Assembly (NCBI GenBank): GCA_965226495.1
Contig: OZ245365.1
Span: forward strand, 3,456,001-3,520,000
Reading direction: 5' to 3'
Origin: Candidatus Marinacidobacterales bacterium
Lineage (GTDB): Bacteria; Acidobacteriota; Vicinamibacteria; Marinacidobacterales; DATDRI01
Length of the DNA stretch: 64,000 nucleotides
Numbering within the stretch: position 1 is the first letter of the stretch; each line of letters starts with the position of its first letter. The notes under the pieces were generated by a model that was not told the origin of the DNA, made no database searches, and saw nothing but the letters and a program-made list of their open reading frames with translations. This document shows positions 1-10,252 of the stretch, piece by piece. Position numbers and translations under genes: made by a program.

Positions 1-729
1 GATGACGGCGCGCACTCCGCTGCCCTTTACTGCAGACCACAGGTGACGATAGAAACTCATCTTGAGAAAGCGATAAGCATTCTCGATTGAGCTCGGCTCG
101 GGAACGACGACCAAAAGTCCGGCTTCTGCCAGCAAAAAGAAATCGGCGATATTGAACGAAATTCCGGCGCCGATATCCAAGAAGATGTAGTCGGCTTTGA
201 TACTTCGAATCTGGTTCAAAAGACGCGTCTTTTGAAAATACTTGAGGTTGGATGCGGTCAGATGGTCGTGTGCACCGCTGATGAGCCCGAGGTTCGGGAC
301 ACCGGTGTCCATGATGACGTCTTCGATAGAAGAGACGCGGCGACTGATGAAGTCCCCGAGGCCCACCTTGGGCGCACTGAGGCCCAATGCGGTGTGGAGA
401 TTGGCTCCTCCGAGATCGGCATCGATGAGTACGACGCGGCGTCCTCTTCGCGCAAGGCAGATGCCCAAACTGCTGGTGATGAGGCTCTTTCCGATGCCTC
501 CTTTACCACCACCCACGGCAACGATGGAGCGGCCGGATGGTGCGGGGCTAGCGTCCTTGGTTCGCTTCAGGCTCACCGCCGCCGGGATGGCCTCCGCCAC
601 CGCGCCGCCGCCACTGAAGGCGGCGACGCTCGAGCGAGATTCATCAAGCTGCCCCCGAGGCCCGTCTAGCAGGCCTCTGGAGACACCAAACCCGGTCGCC
701 GATAGATGACTCTTTGGGTTAGAGCCCAA
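1..729 (-). CDS. FlhG/FleN/MinD-family ATPase (3' end runs off the window)
   Basis: Own translation, not in ORF track: IVAVGGGKGGIGKS (deviant Walker A), VVLIDADLGGANLH, FLDIGAG, VVVPEPSSIENAYRFLK; TTG start at 729 after GGGGGGAAG; start uncertain. Confidence 0.85.
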   Translation of the reverse strand, partial: MGSNPKSHLSATGFGVSRGLLDGPRGQLDESRSSVAAFSGGGAVAEAIPAAVSLKRTKDASPAPSGRSIVAVGGGKGGIGKSLITSSLGICLARRGRRVVLIDADLGGANLHTALGLSAPKVGLGDFISRRVSSIEDVIMDTGVPNLGLISGAHDHLTASNLKYFQKTRLLNQIRSIKADYIFLDIGAGISFNIADFFLLAEAGLLVVVPEPSSIENAYRFLKMSFYRHLWSAVKGSGVRAVI

Positions 730-826
730 TCTTCCCCCCACGGAAGGTCTTTCGGGAAACAGTGCCGCTCAGCGGCTTCATGTTTTTATTCCGGAATTTA
801 AGAGAAGGATGACAGCTATAAACTAA

Positions 827-855
827 ACTGTATCAGATGTTGGGCTTAGGGTCAA
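827..855 (-). promoter_or_regulatory. sigma70-like promoter for the MinD-family gene
   Basis: Minus strand TTGACC-N17-TACAGT with TG extension. Confidence 0.5.
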
Positions 856-1020
856 CAGGCGCCTGGCTAGCCGGATAGGCGTCAACGACCTAGTTTGGCG
901 GCAGGCAGCTGGTCCACGGTCGCGTCCAACCTGCGACTAACCACAATGCCCCGCGATGGTCCCAGGACTCACACCAGCCAGAAAATGCAGCCAAGCCGTT
1001 CTTTTGCAATACGTTAGAGT

Positions 1021-2394
1021 TTACTGCGTGGACGGTCCCCCAGGCAGGGCGAGCACCGCGGGAACCGGGACCCCGTTGACAGCAGCGGGCTCGAAGTCGG
1101 CACGGACGATGGCCATCAACATGAGAGGCAAGGGGCCCTGGCCACTACCGGACAATTGGGCAGCCACCACGTTGCCCTCGTGGTCGATCAGGAGGGCTAG
1201 GCCACTTTCCTCGGTGTCCTTCCGAGAGCGGATCCAGTTGGGGCGCGCTATCTCTCTCTTTGCAACCGGAGGCTGGTAATCAGCGTCTTGTGCCCGGACG
1301 GCCCGGAGCGCGACCACGAAAGGTGCGGCGTCATGGAGGAGGTAGTCGGTATCCTCGCTGAAGGCGGAGCGGAACTCCTGCTGAGACCGCTGAAGGTCGG
1401 AACCAATCGCATAAAGGTAACCGAGTTGCAGATGCGCCTCGGTGTCCTTCGGATGCAACTCAACGAGAGCCTCAAAAAGCGCCTGAGCGTCTTCCAGGTT
1501 GCCCGCCAACGCATGCGCTCGGGCTAGAAGCCGAAGGGCGCGCGTCTTGTTCGGCGCCGCCTGTAGCACCTCACCCAGCCGATCGATCGCATCGTCGTAC
1601 TTCGTCTGCGCCAGCAAAGCTTCCCCGATGAGGAGCTGCGATTCGAGTCTCTCGGCGTCCGAAGACGGCAGGAATGTGGCGAGCCAATTGATGGCCGACC
1701 CGTACTTGCCTTCATCGATGTACGCGCGCGACTTCTCGATAGGATCCTCGACTCCGATGAACTCCAAGACCGGCTTCGGCTGGCTAGGCTTCAGCGCGTA
1801 ATGGCGGGCGGGCTCGATCGATCGTTGCGATAGGCTCGCCGTGAACTTCGGATAGATCTGTTCGATGCGCGCAAGGGTTTGCTCGTACTCGTCCAACACA
1901 CGCCAGTTGTGTCCCTTGTGTACGATCCCGGTTTGGTCGACGCCCGCGGTGATGGTTCCGATATAAACGGGCCGGTCGGCCGGAACCTCGAAGGTCGGGA
2001 ATTTTTCGTCACCCTGAGGAGAGACATAGAAACGCTGCTTGACGGGCCGGAACTTTCGCGGATCCATCGCCGTGCCGTGCGGAAAGTAGGTGGCCTCGAT
2101 GCCGGTGATCCGATATTGGCCAGGTGGAAGGAGCTCTTCGATGTAGCCCAGACCGTCCGCCACATCGAGGAACTGAGATTTGTCGGTGGTGATCTCTACG
2201 AGTCTGATCCGGCGCCCCCTGAATTGGGGCCCCGAGAACTGTCCATCGAACCGGCCCAGGACGACGGAGCGATTCTTCGAGACAACCTTATCCCAAGATC
2301 GGTCTCCCTTGAGGTCCTGCGCGAGAGCTGGCCAGGCCGCGGCCATGACGATGAAGACTCCACACGTTATCGCGACCTTCGCCAAAGTTGGCAT
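1021..2394 (-). CDS. Exported TPR protein with possible C-terminal TonB_C-like segment
   Basis: Signal peptide ending PALA-Q; central TPR helices; C-terminal LLIDHEGNV...FEPAAVNGVPVP. Confidence 0.65.
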   Translation of the reverse strand: MPTLAKVAITCGVFIVMAAAWPALAQDLKGDRSWDKVVSKNRSVVLGRFDGQFSGPQFRGRRIRLVEITTDKSQFLDVADGLGYIEELLPPGQYRITGIEATYFPHGTAMDPRKFRPVKQRFYVSPQGDEKFPTFEVPADRPVYIGTITAGVDQTGIVHKGHNWRVLDEYEQTLARIEQIYPKFTASLSQRSIEPARHYALKPSQPKPVLEFIGVEDPIEKSRAYIDEGKYGSAINWLATFLPSSDAERLESQLLIGEALLAQTKYDDAIDRLGEVLQAAPNKTRALRLLARAHALAGNLEDAQALFEALVELHPKDTEAHLQLGYLYAIGSDLQRSQQEFRSAFSEDTDYLLHDAAPFVVALRAVRAQDADYQPPVAKREIARPNWIRSRKDTEESGLALLIDHEGNVVAAQLSGSGQGPLPLMLMAIVRADFEPAAVNGVPVPAVLALPGGPSTQ

Positions 2395-2515
2395 GTACCC
2401 TCCTAACTGGCAGGCTTATGGGTTCTTCGTACCACGCCAGCCGGCCCGGCGCAAGCGCCGCCGGTCCCGATGACTACGCACGTCGGATTCTGGCGGACGG
2501 TGCCTCGCCAGAACG

Positions 2516-3430
2516 CTACCGACCTCGTATCGCTCGCAGCCGATTCAAGGTGCTGGACGTCTTCTGCGCATCGGGATCGCTCTTGTCCGGGAACATCTGA
2601 TACGCCTTGGTGAGCGTCTGCTCGGCGAGCGAGTAGTGTTTCTCCTCGAAGTATTGGTGCCCCATGCGACTATAGAGGGAAGCGATCTCTCCTTGCAACA
2701 CCGGATCTTCGCCCCGCACCATCTGAGCCAGCTCGAGTTGATCGATGGCTTCTTCGGAACGTCCCTTCTGCGAAGCCAAGAAGCGACCATAAGAAGTGTA
2801 ATACTCCGGAGCCAGATCTGGATTGCTCCTTGCGGCATCCATCGCCGCTTTATGAGCCACTTCGGCGTCTTCCATTTCTCCCAAGCGCTCCAAGAAAGTC
2901 GCGTAGCGTCTTTGTGATTCCGGCTGCTTAGGATCGATGGTCACAGCCTTCTCGTAGGCGCCGCGAGCCAATTGCTGCGCCTCGGGCTCTTGACTCTTTC
3001 GGCGACTACGCTTGATCGGAACGCGACGGGCATAAAGATCGCCAATACCCATGGCGGCGTCGGCGTATCGGGGGTTCAACGTCAGCGCGGTATTGAAAGC
3101 GTCTAGGCTTTGCGCTTCCTCGGGACTCAAATCGGCAGCCGGATCGGCGGTTTCGCCGTTAGCGGCGGCTAGACCAAGGTAGCAACGCCCCACGTAATAG
3201 AACGCCTCGGCGTTGCCTGGCTCGGTCAAAGTGACCGTCTGAAGTTGATCGGCAGCAGCTTGAAGTTGCCCGGATTCGTAGAGATCGATCGCGCCCTGCA
3301 ACTCAGGCGATCTTTGATTACCCGAATCTGCTCCACCGCTCCCGAGTATCTGTTCGCGAAGCGCTTCGATCTGATCGCAGGCGGACACCAACCCCAGCAC
3401 GAGGAACCATGGAGCAACCGTCCGCCGCAT
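2516..3430 (-). CDS. TPR lipoprotein
   Basis: Lipobox LVSA-C; TPR repeats (PGNAEAFYYVGRCY, PRYADAAMGIGDLY). Confidence 0.8.
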   Translation of the reverse strand: MRRTVAPWFLVLGLVSACDQIEALREQILGSGGADSGNQRSPELQGAIDLYESGQLQAAADQLQTVTLTEPGNAEAFYYVGRCYLGLAAANGETADPAADLSPEEAQSLDAFNTALTLNPRYADAAMGIGDLYARRVPIKRSRRKSQEPEAQQLARGAYEKAVTIDPKQPESQRRYATFLERLGEMEDAEVAHKAAMDAARSNPDLAPEYYTSYGRFLASQKGRSEEAIDQLELAQMVRGEDPVLQGEIASLYSRMGHQYFEEKHYSLAEQTLTKAYQMFPDKSDPDAQKTSSTLNRLRAIRGR

Positions 3431-3524
3431 ACGATTCTATTATTAACCCCGATGCAAAATAAAGCCACAACGGCAAGGATGCAATTGATTTCGCATCCGG
3501 GTTAGCCGAGAATTGCGCGAAGCG

Positions 3525-4838
3525 CTACGGCGATGAATGCCCCGTCTCCGACATGCGAACCCGCTCGAGACTTGCGATCGCTCGATTCGCCCAATCCGCC
3601 ACCCGGGGGTCGGAATCGGTGAGAAGTGGTCTTAGGTAAGGGATGGCGTCTGGATCGCCGACTTCTTCTAGTACCAACGCCATGCCTCTCCTGACATCGG
3701 CAACGGGATCGGAAAGATAGGGAACGAGCTCTGTCAAGAAGGGGCTTCCGAGCTCTACCAAATAGCCGACCGATTGCTCTCGCAGAAACTGATCCGCAAG
3801 GGACAAGGAAATTCGATCGATGAACTCCGGTCTACCCACTAGTGCCAAGGCGAAACAGTAGGCGGATTGGACCGACGGTTCCGGTTCCCGCAGGAAGTCC
3901 TTGGTGAGACTGCCGGCCAAATTCTCGTTTCGAAGCCTGCCCATACCTTCCACCGCCCAACGCCTTCGCAACGGATCGGAGCTGGTCATATTCTGGAGAA
4001 AGGCTGCGCGCGCCTCCGGTGCACCGATCCGGGCCAACGCGGTAAGAGCGCGGTCGCCCATCTCCCGCCCCTGTTCCGCGTCGTAGATAGCAAGGAGCTG
4101 TGATGCCGCCGGCTTGTAGCCAACATCGCCTAGTGCGTCGATGGCTTCACCCTGCATCTGGCGCGAGGGTTCCATGAGGACCGTCACCAGTTGCGAGCCC
4201 GCCTCGTCGGTGCCGATTCGGGCCAAGGCCGTCAACGCTGCCATGCGCACATCCTTCGAGGGATCGGCCAAGGCCATCCCTAGATTGTCTGCGGCTTCAT
4301 CGATGCTCAGAAGACCTAGCGCCCACGCCGCCTGCCTTCGAATCGAAGCCTCTTCGTCCGTCAGCCTCGCTTCCAGGCCGAGCACGACCCTCTCTTCGAC
4401 CGGGATCACGGGCTCCCCGGGCGGACGCGGTGGTCCCTCGCTAAACGCACCAAGGAAGCGCTCCATCGGTCGCCGGTCATCGGGGTCCACGTAGACCTCG
4501 ACGACTCCGGAGAGGGATTCCGAACGGACGGTCTGGTCCTCGTCACGGAGCCCCAGCAAGAGACCGTCGAGCGTCGCTGGGTTTCGATAGACCCGGAGCG
4601 CCTTCGCGACCTCCCTGCGGACCTTCACCTCGGGATCACGCATCGCGTCATTGAGGGGGGTGATCGCCTCCGGCCGGGCCGAACGGCCAAGGGCCTTGGC
4701 CGCCTTCGCCCGGGTGCCAGTATTGGGACTCCGAAGGTTTGCGAGCTCGTCCTGGAAACCGCCCTGGAAAGCGATCGACTCGCTCGCTCCTACCCCGACG
4801 AAAGCCATGAGGAGCAAAACCCGAAAAAGACGCGTCAT
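3525..4838 (-). CDS. Exported HEAT-repeat protein
   Basis: Signal peptide; repeated L.D....VR..AA.ALG units. Confidence 0.85.
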   Translation of the reverse strand: MTRLFRVLLLMAFVGVGASESIAFQGGFQDELANLRSPNTGTRAKAAKALGRSARPEAITPLNDAMRDPEVKVRREVAKALRVYRNPATLDGLLLGLRDEDQTVRSESLSGVVEVYVDPDDRRPMERFLGAFSEGPPRPPGEPVIPVEERVVLGLEARLTDEEASIRRQAAWALGLLSIDEAADNLGMALADPSKDVRMAALTALARIGTDEAGSQLVTVLMEPSRQMQGEAIDALGDVGYKPAASQLLAIYDAEQGREMGDRALTALARIGAPEARAAFLQNMTSSDPLRRRWAVEGMGRLRNENLAGSLTKDFLREPEPSVQSAYCFALALVGRPEFIDRISLSLADQFLREQSVGYLVELGSPFLTELVPYLSDPVADVRRGMALVLEEVGDPDAIPYLRPLLTDSDPRVADWANRAIASLERVRMSETGHSSP

Positions 4839-5069
4839 TGATCTAGTCTCCCTAAGGAAATTCAGCTTATTTTCAAGGGAATCACAACGGGTAGTATGTT
4901 ATCAGATCAAGCACCCCAGGATCTAGTAGCCTTGAGCCAGCACGCAGTCGCTTGCCGACGGAGCGCGATCCGCCTGGGGGTGGGGCCCCAGGCGACTGAG
5001 AGATGTCCTGGCAGAGATGGAGCCAGCCGCCAAAGTACGTGGTTGCGTTAACTGGAGCGAGCCAGGCTA

Positions 5070-6728
5070 CTACTGGTCACCACCCTCGTCTTGAGACGCG
5101 GCGCGAGCGACGTAACCCGTCGGGTCTCGGAGGAGCTCGGACGCTTCGGTGAGTGCCTCGATGGCTCTGCGCACCTGAGGGTCTTTCTTGATGTGGAGAC
5201 GCTGGGCCGTTTCCATTCCCCAAATGGAAGCGAAGATCTCCCCTTCGATCGCGAGCGCCAAACGATCGCGGTGCTCCTGCAGCTCCCCCCTGGAGAACGG
5301 AATCTCTTCTTCCTCAAGGAACCGGAAGAAATCCTCCAGCACCTCATCGTCCACCTCAAAGCTCTTGTCGATGAGACGGATATCCTCGGGGCGCTTAGTT
5401 CGGATTTCTTCGGGCTGCACGCCGGCGCCCTCGAGATCCGGCGTCCGGCCGTCCTTGGACGCGAAGTACGCCGAATAGGCCGAGATGGCCCGGTGACTCG
5501 CGAGAGCCAAGATGGGCTTGGGAGCATGGGGGGAAGCGGCGTGGATGTCGGGGGCGATGCCGCCGCCACTAAAGACTTCGCGTCCGGCATCGGTGTGCTT
5601 CAGCTCGCCCCGCGGAGGAGGCGGCTCTTGCCGGCGTGCGGAGAAATAGTAGTCATCGAAGGAACCCGAATAGTCGCGCTGAATACTTCGCCCGCTAGGA
5701 GTGAAGTACTTGGCGGTAGTCAACGCCAGACCATTGCCTTCGCTGATGCGGTAGATCGACTGCACTAACCCCTTACCGAATGTGTTCTCTCCGACAATGA
5801 GTCCTCGATCGTGATCTTGAATCGCTCCCGCTACGATCTCGGACGCCGACGCACTTCCCCGCGAGACCAGTACCACGACTGGCAAATCGCCATGTGGGCT
5901 CGGTCGGTTGGCGATATAGTCCTGATCGGAACCGGGGGTACGACCCCGCGTGTAGACGATCAACGAGCCCTTCTTGAGAAACTTGTTGGACACCGAGACA
6001 GCTTGGTCTAGCAAACCGCCGGGGTTGTCTCGCAGGTCCAGCACCAGCCCGGTGAGCCCCTGCTCCTTGAGACCCTGTAGGCCCTCCTCGAGCTCCGAGT
6101 CCGTGGTCTCGGTGAAATCGGCGATGCGAAGGTAACCGACTCCGTCATCCAAGTTGAACGCGTAAGGGACACTCCGAAGTCGGATCTCGTCTCGCACGAT
6201 GGTGAAATCGAGAGGCCGGTCGTAGCCGGTGCGAGTGATGGAAATGGTCACTTTGCTACCCTTCGGCCCCCGGAGACGCTTGACCGCTTCGTCGAGCGCC
6301 ATGCCGCGCGTCTCCTCACCCTCGATCTTAGAGATGACGTCTTCGGCGCGGATACCGAGCCGGTAAGCCGGAGTGCCTTCGAAAGGCGATACGACCGTTA
6401 GATCTCCGTCGATCATCTGAACCGAAATGCCAAGACCGTGGTAGCTACCCTTCTGTCGTTCTTGAAGACTGATGTAGTCGCGCCGTTCGAGGAAGTTCGA
6501 GTGGGGATCCAGAGTCCGCAGCATCCCGCGGATGGAAGAGTGGACGAGCTTTGAAGGCTCTACCTCGGTAGCGTACTCTTTCTCTACGATTCGGAGCACG
6601 TCGGTGTACCGTCTGAGGTACTGTTTGTAGCGGTTGAAGCTATCCTGGGCGCGCTCTCCGAACAGCCCACCAACCATCGCCCCCGACGCCACGAGGGTTA
6701 GTATCATTGCCAGAGCCGGCCTTCTCAT
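5070..6728 (-). CDS. ctpA: Carboxyl-terminal processing protease, S41 family with PDZ domain
   Basis: LDPHS, PDZ region, LDLRDNPGG, SASASEIV, GENTFGKGLVQ; start trimmed to MRRPAL after AGGA RBS. Confidence 0.92.
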   Translation of the reverse strand: MRRPALAMILTLVASGAMVGGLFGERAQDSFNRYKQYLRRYTDVLRIVEKEYATEVEPSKLVHSSIRGMLRTLDPHSNFLERRDYISLQERQKGSYHGLGISVQMIDGDLTVVSPFEGTPAYRLGIRAEDVISKIEGEETRGMALDEAVKRLRGPKGSKVTISITRTGYDRPLDFTIVRDEIRLRSVPYAFNLDDGVGYLRIADFTETTDSELEEGLQGLKEQGLTGLVLDLRDNPGGLLDQAVSVSNKFLKKGSLIVYTRGRTPGSDQDYIANRPSPHGDLPVVVLVSRGSASASEIVAGAIQDHDRGLIVGENTFGKGLVQSIYRISEGNGLALTTAKYFTPSGRSIQRDYSGSFDDYYFSARRQEPPPPRGELKHTDAGREVFSGGGIAPDIHAASPHAPKPILALASHRAISAYSAYFASKDGRTPDLEGAGVQPEEIRTKRPEDIRLIDKSFEVDDEVLEDFFRFLEEEEIPFSRGELQEHRDRLALAIEGEIFASIWGMETAQRLHIKKDPQVRRAIEALTEASELLRDPTGYVARAASQDEGGDQ

Positions 6729-7105
6729 CGTGTCGTTTCCTTCTTGTTCTTGTCTTTTCTGCCAGGCTGTCAGGCCTTTGCCAGACTTACGAGGGTGTCG
6801 CCGATCTCTCGACCGAATCAAGATCCGTGCCGACGGTCATGCAGGTTCAAACTATCGTAGCAAACGGACTGGGGCAAGTAAAGGCAAATACCGACAGAAA
6901 AGGGGGTTGCGGGCTTGGTTTTTCGGTGAGCCGCGATCTATAATGGCTCCCTGACTACGTCCGGTTGTGGCAACTCCCTATTTGGGGTGACCACACGACT
7001 ACGTTGAGTCATAGCACCCCCCTATTTTGGGTGGTCGCGTGCCAAGTTGGGTCGCGGCAACGCCGGTCTTGGAGACGCCAACCGGGCGGGGCTTAGGAGG
7101 CAACG

Positions 7106-7432
7106 ATGTTCGGTCCGATCGGGATGCCCGAGCTCATCATCATTTTTGTCGTTGCCCTCATCGTGTTTGGCCCCCGCAAACTACCCGACCTGGGAAAGTC
7201 TCTCGGCAAGAGCCTCGCGGAGTTCAAGCGCGCCAGCAACGACCTCCGCAGTACGCTCGAAGAAGAAATCCGGATCGAGGACCCGCCACCGAAACCGGTT
7301 CAAGCCGCCAAGCCGCCTGCCGGGCCTGCCGGAACTGCCGGGCCTGCCAAGAAAGACAATTCTCCACTTTCCAACCAGGGCCCAGCTACTCCCTCGGAAG
7401 CTCCCAAGTCGGAGCAGCCGGATTCGGAGTAG
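7106..7432 (+). CDS. tatA: Twin-arginine translocase subunit TatA/TatB
   Basis: IGMPELIIIFVVALIVFGPRKLPDLGKSLGK; AGGAGG RBS; upstream of tatC. Confidence 0.9.
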   Translation: MFGPIGMPELIIIFVVALIVFGPRKLPDLGKSLGKSLAEFKRASNDLRSTLEEEIRIEDPPPKPVQAAKPPAGPAGTAGPAKKDNSPLSNQGPATPSEAPKSEQPDSE

Positions 7433-7486
7433 GTTCGTCCGGCCCTGATTGACCCAAGAATATTTCAAGATAGGCAAAGACTAAGA

Positions 7487-8275
7487 ATGTCGAAGCTCGG
7501 GCCGGCACCCGCCAAAATGACTTTTCTCGAGCACCTGGACGAGCTGCGACGGCGTATCATCATCTCGCTCCTTGCGGTCGTCATCGCGTTCGCCTTGTGC
7601 TTCACGTTTGCTCAGCAGATCTTCGACTTCCTCATGGGCCCCCTGCGCTCGGCCCTTCCCCCGGGCGGAAAGCTCATTGCTACCGCCGTACCCGAGATCT
7701 TTCTCCTCTACCTGAAAATGGCCTTCTTCGCGGGGATCTTCCTCGCCTTGCCGGTGATTTTGAGCCAGGTCTGGTTATTCGTGGCTCCCGGCCTCTATCG
7801 AAACGAGAAACGGTACGCGGTGCCTTTCATCTTCCTGGGCACGGGTTTCTTCCTGGGAGGAGCGTCCTTCGGACATTTTGTGGTCTTCCCCTACGCCACT
7901 CATTTCCTCACCACGTTCGGCGGCGAAGGCATCGAACCCCTTCTCACGGTCTCGCGGGTGTTCTCCTTTTACAGCAGTTTCATCCTGGGGATGGCGGTGA
8001 GCTTCCAGATACCGACCGTAGTGTTTGTCTTGGCGAGGATGGGCTTGGTGACGCCGGGGTTCCTTTGGGCCAAATTCAAGTACGCCGTACTGCTCATTTT
8101 CGTGACCGCCGCCATCATTACTCCCACTCCGGACGTGCCGACCCAATGCCTGCTAGCCTTGCCGATGATCGGGCTTTACATACTATCTATAGGTATCGCT
8201 TGGCTTTGTGGCCGAGAGCGGGAAGGCGCGAGTGAGAACGAGAAGGACGAGACCGAAGGTAGCCGCTGGGACTGA
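7487..8275 (+). CDS. tatC: Twin-arginine translocase subunit TatC
   Basis: MTFLEHLDELRRR, FVAPGLYRNEKR, AAIITPTPD. Confidence 0.95.
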   Translation: MSKLGPAPAKMTFLEHLDELRRRIIISLLAVVIAFALCFTFAQQIFDFLMGPLRSALPPGGKLIATAVPEIFLLYLKMAFFAGIFLALPVILSQVWLFVAPGLYRNEKRYAVPFIFLGTGFFLGGASFGHFVVFPYATHFLTTFGGEGIEPLLTVSRVFSFYSSFILGMAVSFQIPTVVFVLARMGLVTPGFLWAKFKYAVLLIFVTAAIITPTPDVPTQCLLALPMIGLYILSIGIAWLCGREREGASENEKDETEGSRWD

Positions 8276-8300
8276 TGGAAGCCAAATTCCCCATATTCCA

Positions 8301-8330
8301 TTGACTCCCGGGACGGTTGACTGTTATATT
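8301..8330 (+). promoter_or_regulatory. sigma70-like promoter for OmpA-family gene
   Basis: TTGACT-N18-TATATT with TG extension. Confidence 0.5.
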
Positions 8331-8482
8331 TGCCCCGTAAACGCCGGGGGTTGCCCCTACCTAAAATGAGGTCCTACAGGCATTCCCACCGGCGTAAAGA
8401 CTACGAGCGACAAAAGAGAGCAGGGTGGTCTGCGCCGGGCCACCCCAAACACCACCAGATGCAGAGAAGGAGGGTAACGCTG

Positions 8483-10105
8483 ATGAACCGCTCAGAGCGC
8501 GCGATAGCTATCGCCTTGGCGTTCTTACTGGCCGCCGCGAGCTCGGCTACTGCTCAAGATGCCCAGGACGATAAAGACGATAAAGACGACCAGAACCAGG
8601 CAGGCGGGTATTATGAAACCGTTTCCGGCCAGGCAACCCGTTGGGGTGATACCGGTTTTTTTGACGTCTTTTCTGCCTACACACTAAGCAAAGGGAAGAT
8701 ATCGGCAGCCGGATTTCGCGACAATATCGATCGCAGCCCGTTTACTTTGGATATTTCGAATTTGGTCGGGACCGTCGCCTTCGGCGCCACCGACAAGCTC
8801 GAGGTCTTCGGACGCATCGAATTCCAGAAGCGCATACTTTCCCAAACCGTCGGTGGTGCCTTGATCGCGATCTTTCCACCCCCGCACTACAACGACGAGC
8901 CGCGCGTGGACAAGAGATGGTCCTCAGGCTTCGGGGATGTTTCGTTCGGCGGCAAGTACAACATCATGTCCGAGTACGACGAAGCTGCTGTCGGTCTCGG
9001 CGTCCGGGGATTCGTCAAGATCGCCAGCGCCGATGGAGATGAAGGGCTCGGAACGGGCTCGGCCTCGGGGGGTGCTCACGTCGTACTCTCCAAGAACCTG
9101 GGTGAGATGGTCGAGTCGTCCTACTATGCGGGCTTTCAGTTGAACGGCGGGCCTGCCGACGCGGGCTTTAACATCGGAAACGCCTTCCAGTGGGGTGCGG
9201 GTTTCAGCCTCCCGCGCGAGGGCAGGATTCGTGGCATCGCCGAGATCACCGGCCAATCGTTCACCGGGACCGCCTACGACCAGACCGATCCGGTCGACCT
9301 CCTGCTCGGCCTGACATTCCATGCCCGAGAGGGCTTGTTCGTGACCGCTGGATGGCGCACGAACCTCAACCTCGGCATCGAGGGTGAGACCGCTTCCGGA
9401 TTCAACGTTGCCGTCGGTTATCACCCTGGAACCCGCGGCAAGTACATTGCGCCTCCACCGCCGCCAGACAACAGGCCTCCGACGGTTCAAGTCACGGCCA
9501 ACCCGCCCGAGGTCGAAGAAGGAAACGATTCGACCGTCACCGCAGACGGCAACGACCCGGACGGCGATCCGCTGACCTACAGCTGGCGAGCACCGGACGG
9601 TCGCATCACTGGAAGCGGGCCGCGGGTCACTTGGACGGCGCCCACCGCTACCGAGGGCAGCTTCCCGGTCACGGCGACTGTGGATGACGGCCGTGGAGGA
9701 ACCGCCTCCGACACTGTGAACATCCGCGTGCATCGTAAGGTCGTGAAGGCGATTGAGTTCGAGGACGTCCACTTCCTCTTCGACCAACACGATCTGACCG
9801 ACGAGGCGAGAAGGATTCTCGATCAGGTCGCGGCGCAGCTGAAGGACAACCCGAACCTCAAGATCGAGGTCGAAGGCCACTGCTGCAGCATTGCGACCGA
9901 GGAATATAACCTATCGCTGGGTGCTCGGAGAGCCGATACGGTGAAGACCTACCTGGGGCGTGCCGGAATCAGCGAATCGCGACTCAGCACGATCAGTTAC
10001 GGCGAGTCCCGGCCCGCCTACGACAATTCGCGCGAGGTGACTCGCCGACTGAATCGGCGCGGGCATCTGCGAGTGCTGGTCACCGCACCGAACGACGACG
10101 AATAA
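8483..10105 (+). CDS. OmpA-family outer membrane protein (beta-barrel-like N-terminus, Ig/PKD-like domain, OmpA_C)
   Basis: Signal peptide after AAGGAGG; NRPPTV..DPDGDPLTYSW Ig domain; VHFLFD..IEVEGH..YNLSLGARRA..SYGESRP..NRR. Confidence 0.88.
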   Translation: MNRSERAIAIALAFLLAAASSATAQDAQDDKDDKDDQNQAGGYYETVSGQATRWGDTGFFDVFSAYTLSKGKISAAGFRDNIDRSPFTLDISNLVGTVAFGATDKLEVFGRIEFQKRILSQTVGGALIAIFPPPHYNDEPRVDKRWSSGFGDVSFGGKYNIMSEYDEAAVGLGVRGFVKIASADGDEGLGTGSASGGAHVVLSKNLGEMVESSYYAGFQLNGGPADAGFNIGNAFQWGAGFSLPREGRIRGIAEITGQSFTGTAYDQTDPVDLLLGLTFHAREGLFVTAGWRTNLNLGIEGETASGFNVAVGYHPGTRGKYIAPPPPPDNRPPTVQVTANPPEVEEGNDSTVTADGNDPDGDPLTYSWRAPDGRITGSGPRVTWTAPTATEGSFPVTATVDDGRGGTASDTVNIRVHRKVVKAIEFEDVHFLFDQHDLTDEARRILDQVAAQLKDNPNLKIEVEGHCCSIATEEYNLSLGARRADTVKTYLGRAGISESRLSTISYGESRPAYDNSREVTRRLNRRGHLRVLVTAPNDDE

Positions 10106-10120
10106 GAAGTCCTAGAACGC

Positions 10121-10160
10121 AAAAAGCCCGGGTTGGCCGATGGCCGCCCGGGCTTTTTTT
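10121..10160. terminator. Bidirectional intrinsic terminator
   Basis: AAAAAGCCCGGG-loop-CCCGGGCTTTTTTT just after the OmpA stop. Confidence 0.85.
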
Positions 10161-10252
10161 ATTCGGGGTAGTTTGATGACATCGGTTCTCGAGAAGAAAT
10201 AGACGCCCGATTTGCGTCGGCGCCAAGCCGCCCAATTTGGTAGTAATAGAGA

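Noticed and set aside
8336-8482. Riboswitch in the OmpA leader
   Set aside because: Hairpins are present but no recognisable aptamer; structured ompA leaders are common
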